From Octopus vulgaris (taxonomy: Eukaryota), in contig OX597815.1 in assembly GCA_951406725.2 (NCBI GenBank), forward strand, positions 4,216,001-4,280,000: 64,000 nucleotides of DNA. The letters are read 5' to 3'. This document shows positions 1-12,295 of the stretch, one piece after another; position 1 is the first letter of the stretch; every line of letters starts with the position of its first letter. A program made the translations under genes and the position numbers. The notes below the pieces were generated by a model. It was not told the DNA's origin. It saw only the letters and a list, made by a program, of their open reading frames with translations, and did not search any database.

Positions 1-261
1 TGTCCTTGAGAACGATTATTTATGTAGTAATCTTTTGTACCCAATATTTTAAGGAACTTGTTGAACTTTTTTATGTCCTTAACATGTCCCTGTTACCAAA
101 GACTGTATATATGTAATGTAGCAATTTGAAACAACCAATAATTAACGCAACCAAACTTCCACATGTTACTTTTGACATCTTTTAAACATCTTTTAAATTG
201 CATTTTCAAACCTTCTTTCGTATATAATTCCACTCATGCGGTACCCCACAACTCCACTTTG

Positions 262-304
<43 letters not shown>

Positions 305-338
305 TAAGAAAGTTGGTTTGTGAAAGCACGTGGTTGAA

Positions 339-625
339 TATATAGAAAATAGTAAAAGTGAAAAAACTACAGAAGGCTTAAATGTTAAAAAATATATATT
401 TGCGTCAATATGTCTGAAGAACATTAAAAACATTTTTTTCTCTTATAATGACATACTTTTGAAATATTTCGTAAGAAATTTGAAAAGCTAAATGCGAAAC
501 CGGTCTTTCTTCAAAACTATGTCATTATAAGAGAAAAAAATTTTTTAATATTCTTCAGACATATTGACGCAAATATATATTTTTTAACATTTAAGCCTTC
601 TGTAGTTTTTTCACTTTTCACTATT

Positions 626-632
<7 letters not shown>
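339..632. mobile_element. Foldback element (~125 bp arms) flanked by TA repeats, hammerhead-like motif in spacer
   Basis: 339-463 is a near-perfect reverse complement of 510-632. The spacer reads aagaaat-TTGAAAA-gc taaat gc-GAAA-ccgg-TC-tttctt. Confidence 0.75.
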
Positions 633-668
<36 letters not shown>

Positions 669-876
669 GATTGACTTGATTAAATTAAATTTAATTTAAT
701 TAGGCTGGTTTGCCATAAAGTACGTCGAAACAATGCATTGTCCAAAGATAAATAGGGTAAATGTTTTTTAATTTTCCTTTGATTTCTGAATTACTACTAT
801 TTAGCGGTTTGAGTCTTGGCTGCTCTTTCTAGTGGGTCGAATGGCCTATCGGGGCCGTTCCTCAATATTGTTGAAA

Positions 877-907
<31 letters not shown>

Positions 908-1934
908 CAGACACATGTGTACGAAGACAAATGTTCATACATCCAGCCAGCCAGCCAGCCAGCCATACATACATGCATATATAAATACATGAGAAGTATA
1001 CGCCTCTGATATGCAGTTAGTTTTGTGTATATAAAAGTCTTGTATAATTTCCTCAGAGAGGAGTTTCATGGAAAATATATATAAAATAGAAAAGAAAGAC
1101 CAAAAACTAAAGTTACAACAGAATGGAAGAATGACATTAACGAATTAAAAAGGATGTACAAAACAAACGGGGAAAATGGAATGAAAGAATGACACTGAAA
1201 AAAAAAACATGACTAAACAGACATAACAAATGGTATAGCGGAATAAAAGAATGACACAAAAGGGAAACAGAATGAAAAGAAAGGGAGCAACTAAAAAACG
1301 AAAAGAGAAAATATAAATAATAATAATAATAATAGACGCCAAGAGGAAAGAAAAGAATAATAGAATGAGTGCATAATAAAATAAGAGAATAATGTAACAG
1401 AATAGAAAATAAAAACGATGATAAACTTTAGAATAACAAAAGGAGGAGAAAAGAGAATGAAATTTGTTTTTTTCTTTTTGAAGGCATAAAGTTAAAAATG
1501 TAAAATAATTATATAACGTAATAATAGAATGAGAGAAAGTTTGGAAGGGAAAGAAGATTTAAGGATAGAAGGGAGAAGGAGAAAGATGTTTTTTTAATAG
1601 GGAAGAGCAATTGTCGTAAACACTAACAAAATAACGAAAGGGCAAAAAAAAAAAAAAAAATGAAGAAAGGCAGACGACATCAGATGTAAAACAAATGTGA
1701 AGACAAAACTATGTCGGATGGAAGTAAAGGTTCATCAGATGAAAGAAAAATGTTGAGTAATTATTGAAAATAAAGGCGGTTTATATTTATGTGTTTTATC
1801 GTTATTTTTGACTATGAGGCTAAGAAGATCGTTTTGCAACCACATGGCTTTGAGTTCACTCAGTTTGCAAGACGGCACCAGGGGCAGGTGTCTTCTAATG
1901 TCACTCTGGAAAAGGAATTTGGTACATGGAAACT

Positions 1935-2308
1935 GTACTTGTTTCAGTCATTTGACTGCGGCCATGCTGGAGCACTGCTTTTAGTCGAGCAAGTCGACCC
2001 CAGGACTTATTCTTTGTAAGCCCAGTACTTATTCTATCAGTCTCTTTTGCCGAACCGCTAAGTGACGGGGACGTAAACACACCAGCATAGGTTGTCAAGC
2101 AATGCTAGGGAGACAAACACATACACACACATACATACATATATACGACGGGCTTCTTTCAGTTTCCGTCTACCAAATACACTCACAAGGCTCTGGTTGG
2201 CCCGGGGCTATAGCAGAAGACACTTGCCCAAGATGCCATGCAGTGGGACTGAACTCGGAACCATGTGGTTGATTAGCAAGCTACTTACCACACAGCCACT
2301 CCTGCGCC
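1935..2308 (-). mobile_element. tRNA-derived SINE family A (CORE-like ACCTTGGGCAAGTG segment)
   Basis: Reverse complement of the full copy at 60368-60784: head ggcgcaggagtggctgtgtggtaag...gttcagtccc, tail cagcatggccgcagtcaaatgactgaaac. Confidence 0.9.
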
Positions 2309-2370
2309 TTGTTACATTTCTTCTAGCCACTTAGTGTATTTCAACTTTTCATCATAAAAATTATATAGAA

Positions 2371-2746
2371 CTAGCAGTATCGCCCGGCGTTGCTCAGGTT
2401 TGTAAGGGAAATAACTATAAAGCATTTTTAGAGAGTTATAGCCAAAAAATAGCCAAAAAATGGGAAAAAATGATGGTAAATTTTTTTTTTTAGTTAAAAA
2501 AGGTGGAGTTGCGTCCCCTAGACATTTTGTGTTTCTGATTCTGGACCCCATGTCGAATTTATCGATTTTTTTCAGAACTGGGGGAACTTTTCAAAATTTT
2601 CGCTGCGTTAGTTTTGAATTATGACATTGGGCTATGTGTGTGTCAAGTTTCATCAGAATCGGTTGAAAGCCGTGGTCAGGGTGAGGGTACGAGAAAACAG
2701 ACACACAGAAAATGCACAGACAAACTGCCGTTTATATAGAGAGAGA
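2371..2746 (-). mobile_element. Non-autonomous Helitron
   Basis: On the minus strand it starts a|TCTCTCTCTATATAAAC and ends with a GC-rich hairpin then CTAG|t. No TSD. Shares ends with 31998-32406. Confidence 0.8.
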
Positions 2747-2887
2747 TTAAATGTTTATGACTTTTTAATTGCTAATTTCTAAAAAACAAAACAAAAAAAA
2801 ACAAATGAATATTGCCATACATAGGAACAATTTATCTTTTTATAAGAAACAGTTTATAAGAACAGTTTTTTTTTTATTTAACAGGCT

Positions 2888-3104
2888 CTATTTATGGTTA
2901 CCATTGTTTTGAATACACATTGCAATACGTTTATCTAACTCATTGTGAACTCGTAATAGTACATCTGGTGATACGTGTGCAAAGGAGTTGGTGATGAGTT
3001 CCTTCAAATAATTTATGTCTTTTATATTTCCGCGATGCACCATGCCTTTCGTATGCCCCCCAAAGATAGAAATCAAGAGGGGTCAGATCAGGGGATCTAG
3101 GGGA
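2888..3104 (-). pseudogene. Tc1/mariner DDD transposase C-terminal fragment
   Basis: Minus strand reads PRSPDLTPLDFYLWGHTKGMVHRGNIKDINYLKELIT...CIQNNG, containing the SPDLxPxD catalytic motif. The N-terminal domains are absent. Confidence 0.85.
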
Positions 3105-3127
3105 TCTTATAAACTGTTTCTTATAAA

Positions 3128-3770
3128 AAAGAACAGGCTAGGCTGATTGTGCGGTCACGTGGGAAGAGAAGAGAGAAAAGTAGAAGCAGAGGGACAGAAG
3201 AATTAAGGAGGGGGCGAGAAAAAAGGACAGGGATACAGTGGAGAGTGGAGGTCCCTCTGCTTCTACTTCTCTCTCTTCTCTTCCCACGTGACCGCACAAT
3301 CAGCCTAGCCTGTTCTTTCTGTCTTGGTCTGGCCACTATCCGTGCAACATCGATATTCCTCCCTATAATTGTATCTCTGCCATAAGGTTTCATTTCCACA
3401 CGCGTCAGCTTAATTCAATTTGTCCTTAGTCGAAAGACACCTGTTGTTATGTCCTATTATTATTTTTATTATATTTATATTTGTGTAACTTTGTCTATTT
3501 TTTCCGTCCTTGCTTTTGTATACATTTGTTGCTTCCTTCCAAGGAATCTAATGCTCTTAAGCTTAGTTTTTCCTTGGGGCTGACCAGATTGGAGCAATCT
3601 CAAAAATAATCAGCCAAAATTGCGAAGATAATCTGGTGCTTGACTGAGGATAGAGGGCTTCAAATGACCCGTCCTTGTTTTCTTTGTATTGTTTATCTAG
3701 ATGTTTTGATGTCCCTTTTTGTATCATCTACCTCTCCGGATGTTTTGCATTCTTGTCCCATTTTGTATTT
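3128..3770 (+). mobile_element. Repeat with 5' inverted segment (possible Penelope-like pLTR remnant)
   Basis: 3128-3195 is inverted to 3252-3318. 3500-3770 recurs at 36190-36460, and a related copy lies inverted at ~3810-3960. Confidence 0.55.
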
Positions 3771-4365
3771 GATATATATATATATATATATATGTATAGA
3801 AATTAAATATAAAATATAAATTACAAAGTGGGACAAGAACGCAAAAACACACAAAGAGACGACACAAAAAAACAGACGGGTCACTCGAAGCCTCTAATCT
3901 TCAGTCGGGAACCGGATCATCTTAGTAATTTCGGCTGTTTAATCTCGATATTACTCCGATATTACTTCATATATATATGAACATTAGTACCAAGAAGTAA
4001 TGAGGAATAAACGAACATTAGGTTCATTAAAATATGTTTGTGACATATTTCAATTTCTAAAGGTGATTTCACTGCAATTACTAGGGAGAAAATAATTCTC
4101 ATTTATGGTAAAAGGTGTAAAGACACCATATCTTCCCAGTGTTACTCCACCCCTTATAAACTCCCAGACGTGTTTTTGGCCCTTTAGCCTTCCTCAATGA
4201 GAGTTACTGAAGAGATAACAACCCTGGGAAGATGCGAAACTGTGGCTTTATCTTAAAACAGTCCAATTAGTGACTGAGTTGTGCTCTCTCTTTGGTATCT
4301 CACATTGAGATGCCAAAGAGTGAGAAATGTTTAAAGCAAAAGAAGAATGGTGTTTGTATCCATAC

Positions 4366-4706
4366 TCTTTTACTCTTTTACTTGTTTCAGTCATTTGACT
4401 GCGGCCATGCTGGAGCACCGCCTTTAATCGAGCAACTCGACCCCGGGACTTATTCTTTTGTAAGCCCAGTACTTATTCTATCGGTCTCTTTTGCCGAACC
4501 ACTAAGTAACGGGGACATAAACACACACATACAAATATATACATATATACGACGGGCTTCTTTTCAGTTTCCATCTACCAAATCCACTCACAAGGCTTTG
4601 GTCGGCCCGAGGCAATAGTAGAAGACACTTGCCCAAGGTGCCACGCAGTGGGACTGAACCCGGAACCATGTGGTTGGTTAGCATACTACTTACCACGCAG
4701 CCACTC
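4366..4706 (-). mobile_element. SINE family A
   Basis: Same head and tail as 60368-60784. Confidence 0.9.
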
Positions 4707-4914
4707 TACAGCTGTTTCGAAAACACATGATTAACAAATGATGATATTTGTAAACAAAGAGGAGAGCAATGCTTATGTAGCATTGATTATGTGGTATTGA
4801 TCGTGTAATGTAAGATCCGAAGTCATGTAGTCATAACAGTCCGTAACCCTGGTGAATAAATTATAACAGAAGGCTTATGACTAGATACGACTGCGTCTTT
4901 ATAATCAACAATAA

Positions 4915-5224
4915 TGGCACTCCGTTGGTTTTGATGATGAGTGTTCCAGTTGATGGGATCAATGGAACAGCCTGCTCTGAAATTAACAAGAAAGTGGCTG
5001 AGTACTCCACAGACGTGGATAGTTCTCAGGGAGATTCAGTGTGACACAGAAATGGACAAGGATTGGCCTTTGAAATACAAGTCCTCATTTTAGCCAGCAG
5101 AGTGGACTGGAGCAACATGAAATAAAGTGGCTTGCTCAAGGACACAAAGTGCTGCCAAGAATTGAACTCACTACCCTATGATTGCGAGGCAAATACCCTG
5201 ACCACTAAGCCATGTGCCTTCATG
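4915..5224 (-). mobile_element. tRNA-derived SINE family C
   Basis: Body ccagttgat..gatcaa.ggaacagcctgctc..gaaattaac recurs at 33455-33810 and 45435-45765. A tRNA-like head lies on the minus strand. Confidence 0.8.
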
Positions 5225-5524
5225 CTCTTTATACAATCAATGTGAAACTAATCAATTCTGCTATAGGCAGAAGACCTGAAATTTATTGGGGAGGGGGGTG
5301 CAGCAGTTGATTAGCCACAAATGTTGCTTTTTTCCATTTCACACATAAATTTATGCAAGACATGCAAAAGGGGAAACTGCCATAACATGGACTTGATTTC
5401 ACTTTTCTTGAAATTAATTATTATTCATTTTTTTTTCCTTCTTGACAGAAGAGTGACATCTCTTCACTGAACATTGCACATGCGCATGCGTGCACCTATC
5501 TACATCCATCCATCCATCTATATA

Positions 5525-5755
5525 AGGCGGTGAGCTGGCAGAAACGTTAGCACGCCGGGCGAAATTCGTAGCCGTATTTCGTCTGTCGTTACGTTCCAAG
5601 TTCAAATTCCGCCGAGGTCGACTTTGCCTTTCATCCTTTCAGGGTCGATAAATTAAGTACCAGTTACGCACTGGGGTCGATATAGTCGACTTAATCCCTT
5701 TGTCTGTCCTTGTTTGTCCCCTCTGTGTTTAGCCCCTTGTGGGTAGTAAAGAAAT
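5525..5755 (+). mobile_element. SINE family B (Deu/Nin-like core)
   Basis: ggcggtgagctggcagaa...gttcaaattccgccgaggtcgactttgcctttcatcctttc.gggtcgataaattaagtaccag. More than 15 related copies in the window. Confidence 0.9.
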
Positions 5756-6118
5756 ATATATATATGTGTGTGTGTGTGGTGGGGGTTGCCCTAACCTGTC
5801 GGTGGTGATTGGCAGACTCATTAGAGCATCGTGAAGAACACCATGTGGCATTTCTTCTGCGTTGGTGCATCCTGAGTTTAAAATGCCACCGAGATAAACT
5901 TTACCCTTCATTCTTTCAGGATTAATAATAGAAATGATGATGGGGATAAGTGGTGGTGAAACAACCATGTAACAAAATTGCTCCATTGGAAACTGTGCAA
6001 AAAGTGGGGACCAGAGAGAATCAAGACGTGGTATGAGCACAAACCGCAGAGAGGGGCAGATTCGCAGACTAGCAAAGTCCTCTGGGATTTCCCATTCCAA
6101 ACAGATCAGGTACTGGAA

Positions 6119-6563
6119 CAGTGGTTCCCAACACTTTTATTTGAATGAGTTTTTCCATGGACCCCATTTAATATGCTTATCCTTATGTACATATATATAT
6201 TTGTGTGTGTGAAGGTGCATGGCTCAGTGGTTAGCGCATTGAGCTTACAATTGTGAGGTTGTGAGTTCGAATCCCGGACCGGGCTGCATGTTGAGTTCTT
6301 GAGCAAGACACTTTATTTCACATTGCTCCAGTTCACTCAGCTGTAGAAATGAGTTGCGATGTCATAGGTGCCAAGCTGTATCGGCCCCTTTGCCTTTCCC
6401 TTGGATAACACTGGTGGTGTGGAGAGGGGAGGCCGGTATGCATGGGCGACTGCTGGTCTTCCATAAACAACCTTGCCCAGACTTGTGCCTGGGAGGGTTA
6501 CTTTCTAGGTGCAATCTCATGGTTAGTCATGACTGAAGGGGGTCTCAGAGATATGCATATATA

Positions 6564-6598
<35 letters not shown>

Positions 6599-6682
6599 GA
6601 AATTTTGAATTTAGTTCATGGATTCCCAGTACTACCTTTCAAGACCACCAGAGGTCCGTTGACCCCAGGTTGGGAATCACTG
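6119..6682. mobile_element. hAT (Charlie-like) MITE containing a nested SINE
   Basis: TIRs cagtggttcccaac / gttgggaatcactg. Degenerate 8-bp TSD tactggaa / tgctagag; the unsplit copy near 9002 reads tgctggag. Confidence 0.75.
6212..6546 (+). mobile_element. tRNA-derived SINE nested in hAT MITE
   Basis: A box tggctcagtgg and B box gttcgaatcc, followed by the cttgagcaagacactt core. Confidence 0.8.
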
Positions 6683-7199
6683 TGCTAGAGCATAACAGAC
6701 TGGACCTAGTGGTGGTCAACAAGATGCACCACATGTGCCATATAGTTGATGTTGCATGTCCCTTTGACCCACAAATGGTCAAGAAGGAAGACGAAGAAAT
6801 AGATACATAGATACAACCCTCTTAAATACGAAATAGCCCGGCTATGGAAAATGGGCCCTTGGGAACAGTATCAGAAGGCATCAAGGGGAATATCAAAGAA
6901 ATTGGAATAGAGTGCCAGTAGAACTGTTGCAAAAGGTTTGCTTCCTTGGTACGGCCAGAATAATCAGGAAAGAATCAGATAGCTAAAAAGAATGGATATT
7001 ATGGTCCCATAGGCTGCAGGTAGGAAGCTTTCTACGCATGCAAGACTCCAGGAGTTGCAACAAAATCTGCAATAAAGAGGAGGAGATGATGACGATGACT
7101 ATGATGATGACGACGAGGATAATAATGATGATGATGATGATGTCAAAGATAATGATGATGATGATGATGATGATGATGACGAGGACAACAACAATAATA

Positions 7200-7460
7200 A
7201 TACCGAGCTTTGGAAAATGAAGAATGTGAAGATAGTGCCAATTATTGTTGGGTCCTTGGGGAGAGTATCAGAAGGCATCAAGGGGGATATAAAGGAAACT
7301 GGAATAGAGTGCCCAGTAGAACTGTTGCAAAAGGATTGCCTCCTTGGTACAGCCAGAGTTTAAAAGAATGGATAGCATGGTACCGTAGGCTGCAGGTAGT
7401 AAACCAGCTGTGTATGCAAGACTCCAGGAGTTGCAACAAAACCTGTGATAAAGAGAAATA
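7200..7460 (+). pseudogene. Short R4/Dong 3' end between TAA repeats
   Basis: Encodes LWKMKNVKIVPIIVGSLG...ELLQK, followed by a 3' UTR ending in (TAA)n. Confidence 0.75.
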
Positions 7461-8199
7461 ATAATAAATACTAAATCTTGAACAGTGGAGTGGTGGGACA
7501 GCAAGAATGTCTTGCTTATAAAAGGTGACCCGGATAGCAGGACACCGGAAGAGATAATAACAATAAGGTCGAAAGAGATACTTGAGGGGAGCGTTCTATA
7601 TATTCAATGTACATCCTGTATGGTATTGTGTGTATAGATATAGATATATATACATATACATACATACATAGCTGCATCCTTGTTACACAAGAAAAGCCAT
7701 TGCCAAGAAGACTTACTGAATTGATTCATGATTGTTGCCTTTAGATGACTTTATAAGACTTTCAAGCCCGCCCAAGTTTTTACCCGTTTTATTACATACT
7801 GGACAACTGTTCTGGCTGGCAGGAGAAACAGGTACCACCATATGCACTCCCTTAACATTGTCTTTTCAGAACTCCAACTGAGAGGCACACCCTTCCACAT
7901 TTTACACACATTCTGTTGTGAATTTTAATAGCCACATCATTGTTTATCATGGGTTGATTTCTATGAGAATTTTGATGGCTCACCAGGCCTGCACGACTGA
8001 AACACCTCCTCCCTCAAACCACACACATAAAAAGCAACACTCTCTCACTTTCCACAGGTACCCCCCTTCCAAGCCCCCTCCTAATTCTCTCACACTTCAC
8101 TCTTTCCTTCTCAAATCTTGAACAACCATCATGCACTATCTTCCTCCATCCATCGTGGTCTTGTGCCTCCCTCTCCTAATTACCAGCTGTAATTCCTGT

Positions 8200-9232
8200 C
8201 TGTATCAGAGCATTTTTAAGGCAATCCTTAAACCTTAAATTCGTGCGCAGTCGTAGTAGTTCGGTATTGCAATGGAATCCTGAAGTGGTCAGAGAAGGAG
8301 CTAAAGGAGATGGAGAGGAAGTCAGGAAAGCTCCATGTGATGCATGGAGTCCATCATCCATGTGCTGACACTGATCACCTATACATGAAAAGAGCACATG
8401 GAGGAAGGGGACTGACAAGTGTGGGAGACTGCGGAAATGAGAGCTTTATGAGATGCTGAGCCCAAAGTAAGGAGACCTTGCTAGTGACAGTTAGCAATGA
8501 AGAGGTCTTGAGAATAGAGAAAAAAGGGAAAACAAAGGAAGAAGTATATAAAAAGGACATGAAGAAGAATTACGCAGTGAAGGGACTACACAATGGATTC
8601 CATGAAGTCACAACAGAAGTTGCTGGACAAAAATGGGTGGGATTGGCTGATGAAAGAAATACTAGAAAAAGAGATGGAGAGTGCTGTACTGTCAGCGCAA
8701 GACCAAGCTTTGGTCATGAACTGGAGGGTCAACCTGAGGAATGAGCAAGTGTCTCTGCTGTGCCACATCTGCAACAGGGTGGATGAAACCATTGCCCATA
8801 TCACAAGCGAATGCCCTAGACTTGCCCCAATCCACTACGAGTTGTGGTGACACGGTCAGGTAGCGAAAGAGATACATTAGAAACTGTGTGAAAATTGAGG
8901 GTTAGAGAGAGGCAAGACGTGGTAGGAGCACAAGCTGCAGAGACTGGCAGAGTTGGAGACTTGCAAAATCCTCTGGGATTTCTCAATCCAAACAGATCAG
9001 GTGCTGGAGCATAACAGACTGGACCTAGTGGTGGTAGTGGTGGTTGACAAGGTGCACCACATGTGCTATATGGTTGATGCTACATGCCTCTTTGACCCAC
9101 GAATGGTCAAGAAGGAAGGTGAAAAGAAAGAAAGATACAACCCTCTTAAGTACAAAATAGCCTAGCTATGGAAAATGAAGAAGATGAAGATGGTTCCAAT
9201 TATTGTTGGGTCCTTGGGAACAGTAGTGAACA
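8200..9232 (+). pseudogene. R4/Dong-clade ORF 3' region (CCHC zinc knuckle plus restriction-like endonuclease), frameshifted
   Basis: ESAVLSAQDQAL...CHICNRVDETIAHITSEC (C-x2-C-x7-H-x4-C), then KILWDFSIQTDQVLEHNRLDLVVVDK...EKKERY..LWKMKK..VPIIVGSLGTV. Contains stops and frameshifts. Confidence 0.85.
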
Positions 9233-9324
9233 GCTGACACTGTAGAACATCTCCAGTGTTAGAAGCTGTGCAAAGGCAATAATAATAATAATAATAATAA
9301 TAATGATAATAATAATAATAACTA

Positions 9325-9940
9325 TACTGAGCTATGGAAAATGAAGAAAGTGCCAATTATTGTTGGGTCCTTGGGCACAGTATCAGAAGGCATCAAGGGG
9401 AATATAAAGGAAACTGGAATAGAGTGCCCAGTAGAAGTTTTACAAAAGGTTTGCTTCCTTGGCATGGCCAGAATAATCAGGAAAGTATTAGGTAGCTGGA
9501 AAGAATGGATAGCATGGTACCATAGGCTGCAGGTAGGAAGCCCATTATGCAGAAAAAACTCCAGGAGCTCCAACAAAACCTGTGATGAAGGGGAAATAAT
9601 AATAATAATAATAATAATATAGATCTGGTGCTAGAGCACAACAGACTGGGCCTAGTGGTGGTGGACATGTGCTATACAGCTGATGATGTGTGTCGCTTTG
9701 ACCCACAAATAGTCAAGAAGGAAGGTGAAAAGATAGAAAGATATAACCCTCTTAATTACAAAATGGCCTGGCTCTGGAAAATGAAGAAGATGAAGAAAGT
9801 GCCAATTATTGTTGGGTCCTTTGGAACAGTACCAGAAGGCATCAAGAGGGATACAAAAGAAATTATAATAGAATTACAAAAGGTTTGCCTTCTTGGCATG
9901 GCCAGAATAATCAGGAAAGTATTGCATAGCTGAAAAGAAC
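9325..9940 (+). pseudogene. Two further tandem R4/Dong 3' fragments separated by (TAA)n
   Basis: VPIIVGSLGTV...LQKVCFLGMARIIRKVL occurs twice. The second 3' UTR resumes at ~10455 after a CR1-group insert. Confidence 0.8.
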
Positions 9941-9942
9941 AA

Positions 9943-10452
9943 GTAGTTAGTTAAGTTAGTTAATTTTTTGGCTCAAAAAGCAAAAAGCAAGGCCATGTAG
10001 GGGGACATAGAGTTATGTACAGGGTGGTGTTCAGGTAAAGAGTTCAGGCCACTTGTGGTCAAGGGAGACTTTGAACCGAGCAGTCATCAGCATCTTCACC
10101 ATCTCATCCGGCAGCTTATTCCACGGAACCGCAACCCGGACGGAGAAAGCCCCTCTCCTTCGATTGAGATGAAATCGTCGCAGATAGAGCTTTTCGGAAT
10201 GACCCCGCAGCCGACGCTCTGGAGCAGGAGTGAAGAACAGCTCTTTCGAGAGGTTATGCTTTCCGCTTATGATGTTGTGAGCAAGAATGAGATCACCACG
10301 GCGTCGTCGTTTTTCTAGAGAATAAAGGTTGAGCGTCTTCAGCCTTTCTTCATAAGACAAATGCTTGAGACCAAGAACCATGCGGGTAGCCAGCTTCTGG
10401 ACTCTTTTGAGATGCTGTATGTCTTTGAGGAGATAAGGAGAAGAGGCTTGAA
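9943..10452 (-). pseudogene. CR1/L2-group LINE 3' end
   Basis: VQKLATRMVLGLKHLSYEERLKTLNLYSLEKRRRRGDLI...FSVRVAVPWNKLP...FKVSLD, with a (TAAC)-like tail. Confidence 0.85.
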
Positions 10453-10805
10453 GAGCATGGTAGCGTAGGTTTTCAGGTAGTGATCCTGCTATGCATGCAA
10501 GACTCCAGGAGTTTTTTTACAAAACCTGGGATAAAGAGAAAATAAAAGCAAATAAATGTTTTGAATAGCGACGCCCCACCCCCTATTCTCTGTACTTGAC
10601 TTACTCCGTGTGCTGGCATCTGAGGGGATAGTCGTGGCTGGAATAGTTCTAATCCTAAGAGTGCTAATTCAAGCCATCTTGAGTTTAAACAGAAAGAAAA
10701 ACAATTGACGAAATATGAAGTCACTTGCCTTGCTAGAAATAGTAGCCAAATTTCCCCCCAAATCACATCCAGTTTGATAAACGAATGCATTGAATGACAC
10801 AGCTC

Positions 10806-11226
10806 GGATCGTTTCGGTTTGAACGGCAGTTTTTTCTAGCGGTGTCATATGAAATTGTCACCCATAATTATGACCCTAGTATCGATCTATTGCATTTCAA
10901 TCTGTTTTAGGGTTAGGGGTGGGGGGAAGGGTATCTTTTTTTCTTCACAAATGTAAATAAACCCAATCTGTTTCTTAAACGAGGAACAAATTCATACGGC
11001 ACAGAATGGGTTTTTTTTTTTACCTCAATAGACGTCAGTGATTGGTTGAAATTGCAGAAATTGAAGAAAAAAACAACAACAAATATCTTACAAATTATAG
11101 AATTTTCTCAATAAAGCCAAGAGAAAAAGATGTTTTATAAACACATTCTACCAGTATACGAAGTTTAAAAGTGTTTAGTTACGTGGAAATTATTTTTAAA
11201 AACTGCCGGTCAAAGTGAAAAGATCC
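10806..11226. mobile_element. MITE with 8-bp TSD (Merlin- or Mutator-like)
   Basis: TIRs ggatcgtttcggtttgaacggcagtttt / aaaactgccggtcaaagtgaaaagatcc with a perfect TSD cacagctc. A related internal sequence lies inverted at ~33965-34160. Confidence 0.8.
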
Positions 11227-12224
11227 CACAGCTCTATATATAATAGCAAAGAAAACAAACGTGGTGGCCACGCCAAGAATGTCGTCGATTGTGGGTCGAC
11301 TCAGTAAGGGTTAAGCTAGGTTCGAAAAAAATAATCTAAACGCCACATCTCCCTAAAATAATCTAAACGCCATCGTAGCTGGTCTCCCTAAAACGACCAT
11401 ATTGCCGCCGTTGTTTTAGCCCGAGGTCGTCTTTGACCGAGCAGGTCTATGATCAAAGACAAGCCATTCGTGACGCCCCATCCTCTAGTTTATTTCTTCT
11501 TTTTCTGGTGCGCACCATTGCTAGGAGCACATTGTCTAATGTAACTTTTGGGGTGTAATTTGAGGGAGACCTGGCTGCTATTGTTAGCAGGTCGACCGAC
11601 CACACATTGCTTACGAGTGAAAGGGTAAGAAGAAAGGGCGGGGACAATGAGAGGGAGAGGTAGATAGATAGATAGGGGTAGAGGGAAGAAGGATGAAAGA
11701 GAAAGACAGCAGAAAGCATAGTGAGAGAGAGAGAGAGGAGGAGGAAGGGTATGAGAGAGATTGGGGGAAAGGGAGAAAGAAAGGAAGGCTAAGATACAGA
11801 GAAAAGGGGGAAAGAGAGAAAGCAAGAGAGAGTGAAAGTGTAATACCGGTTGTTTGTATGAGGGGGTGGGAAGAGGAAGGGCTGAAGGGAAATATAAGGA
11901 GTGGTCGGGAGGAAACGGGAAAGGGCAGAGAAGAGTGGGTGGACTGCGGGAGGAGAAGGCTGAGGAGAAGAAACAACGGAGCGACGTTACGTGTTGTAGC
12001 TTTTTACGTCACAAGCTGCGTCTCTCCCTCCCCCTCTCTCTATGTCCTTTTGTCTCTCTTTCACCCATTCTGTCGTTTTTCTCACATATTCATACGTTAA
12101 TATACAGCCACACACTCACACACACACACACACAGAGGCGTATACACAGTGCTACATGCATGTGTACAGAAGGAATACATGCATATACACATGTTCATAC
12201 ATATGCATGGTGTTATGCTACTTG

Positions 12225-12258
12225 TCTATCAATCAATCAATCTCTCTCTCTCTCTCTG

Positions 12259-12295
<37 letters not shown>

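Larger units (their letters stand above)
5985..7075 (+). pseudogene. R4/Dong-clade non-LTR retrotransposon 3' fragment, split by a hAT MITE
   Basis: Homologous to 8880-9230 and 9330-9600. Interrupted at 6119-6682. Confidence 0.75.

Noticed and set aside
3640-3675. Hammerhead in the 3.5/36.3 kb repeat family (gaCTGA(A/G)GA...cttc(g/a)a.tgacccgtc)
   Set aside because: A CUGANGA-like core recurs in three copies, but GAAA and helix I pairing could not be assigned.
6212-6285. tRNA gene
   Set aside because: A and B boxes are present, but no proper acceptor stem is seen and it continues into a SINE body.
10907-10919. Telomeric TTAGGG repeats
   Set aside because: Only two units, internal to a MITE.
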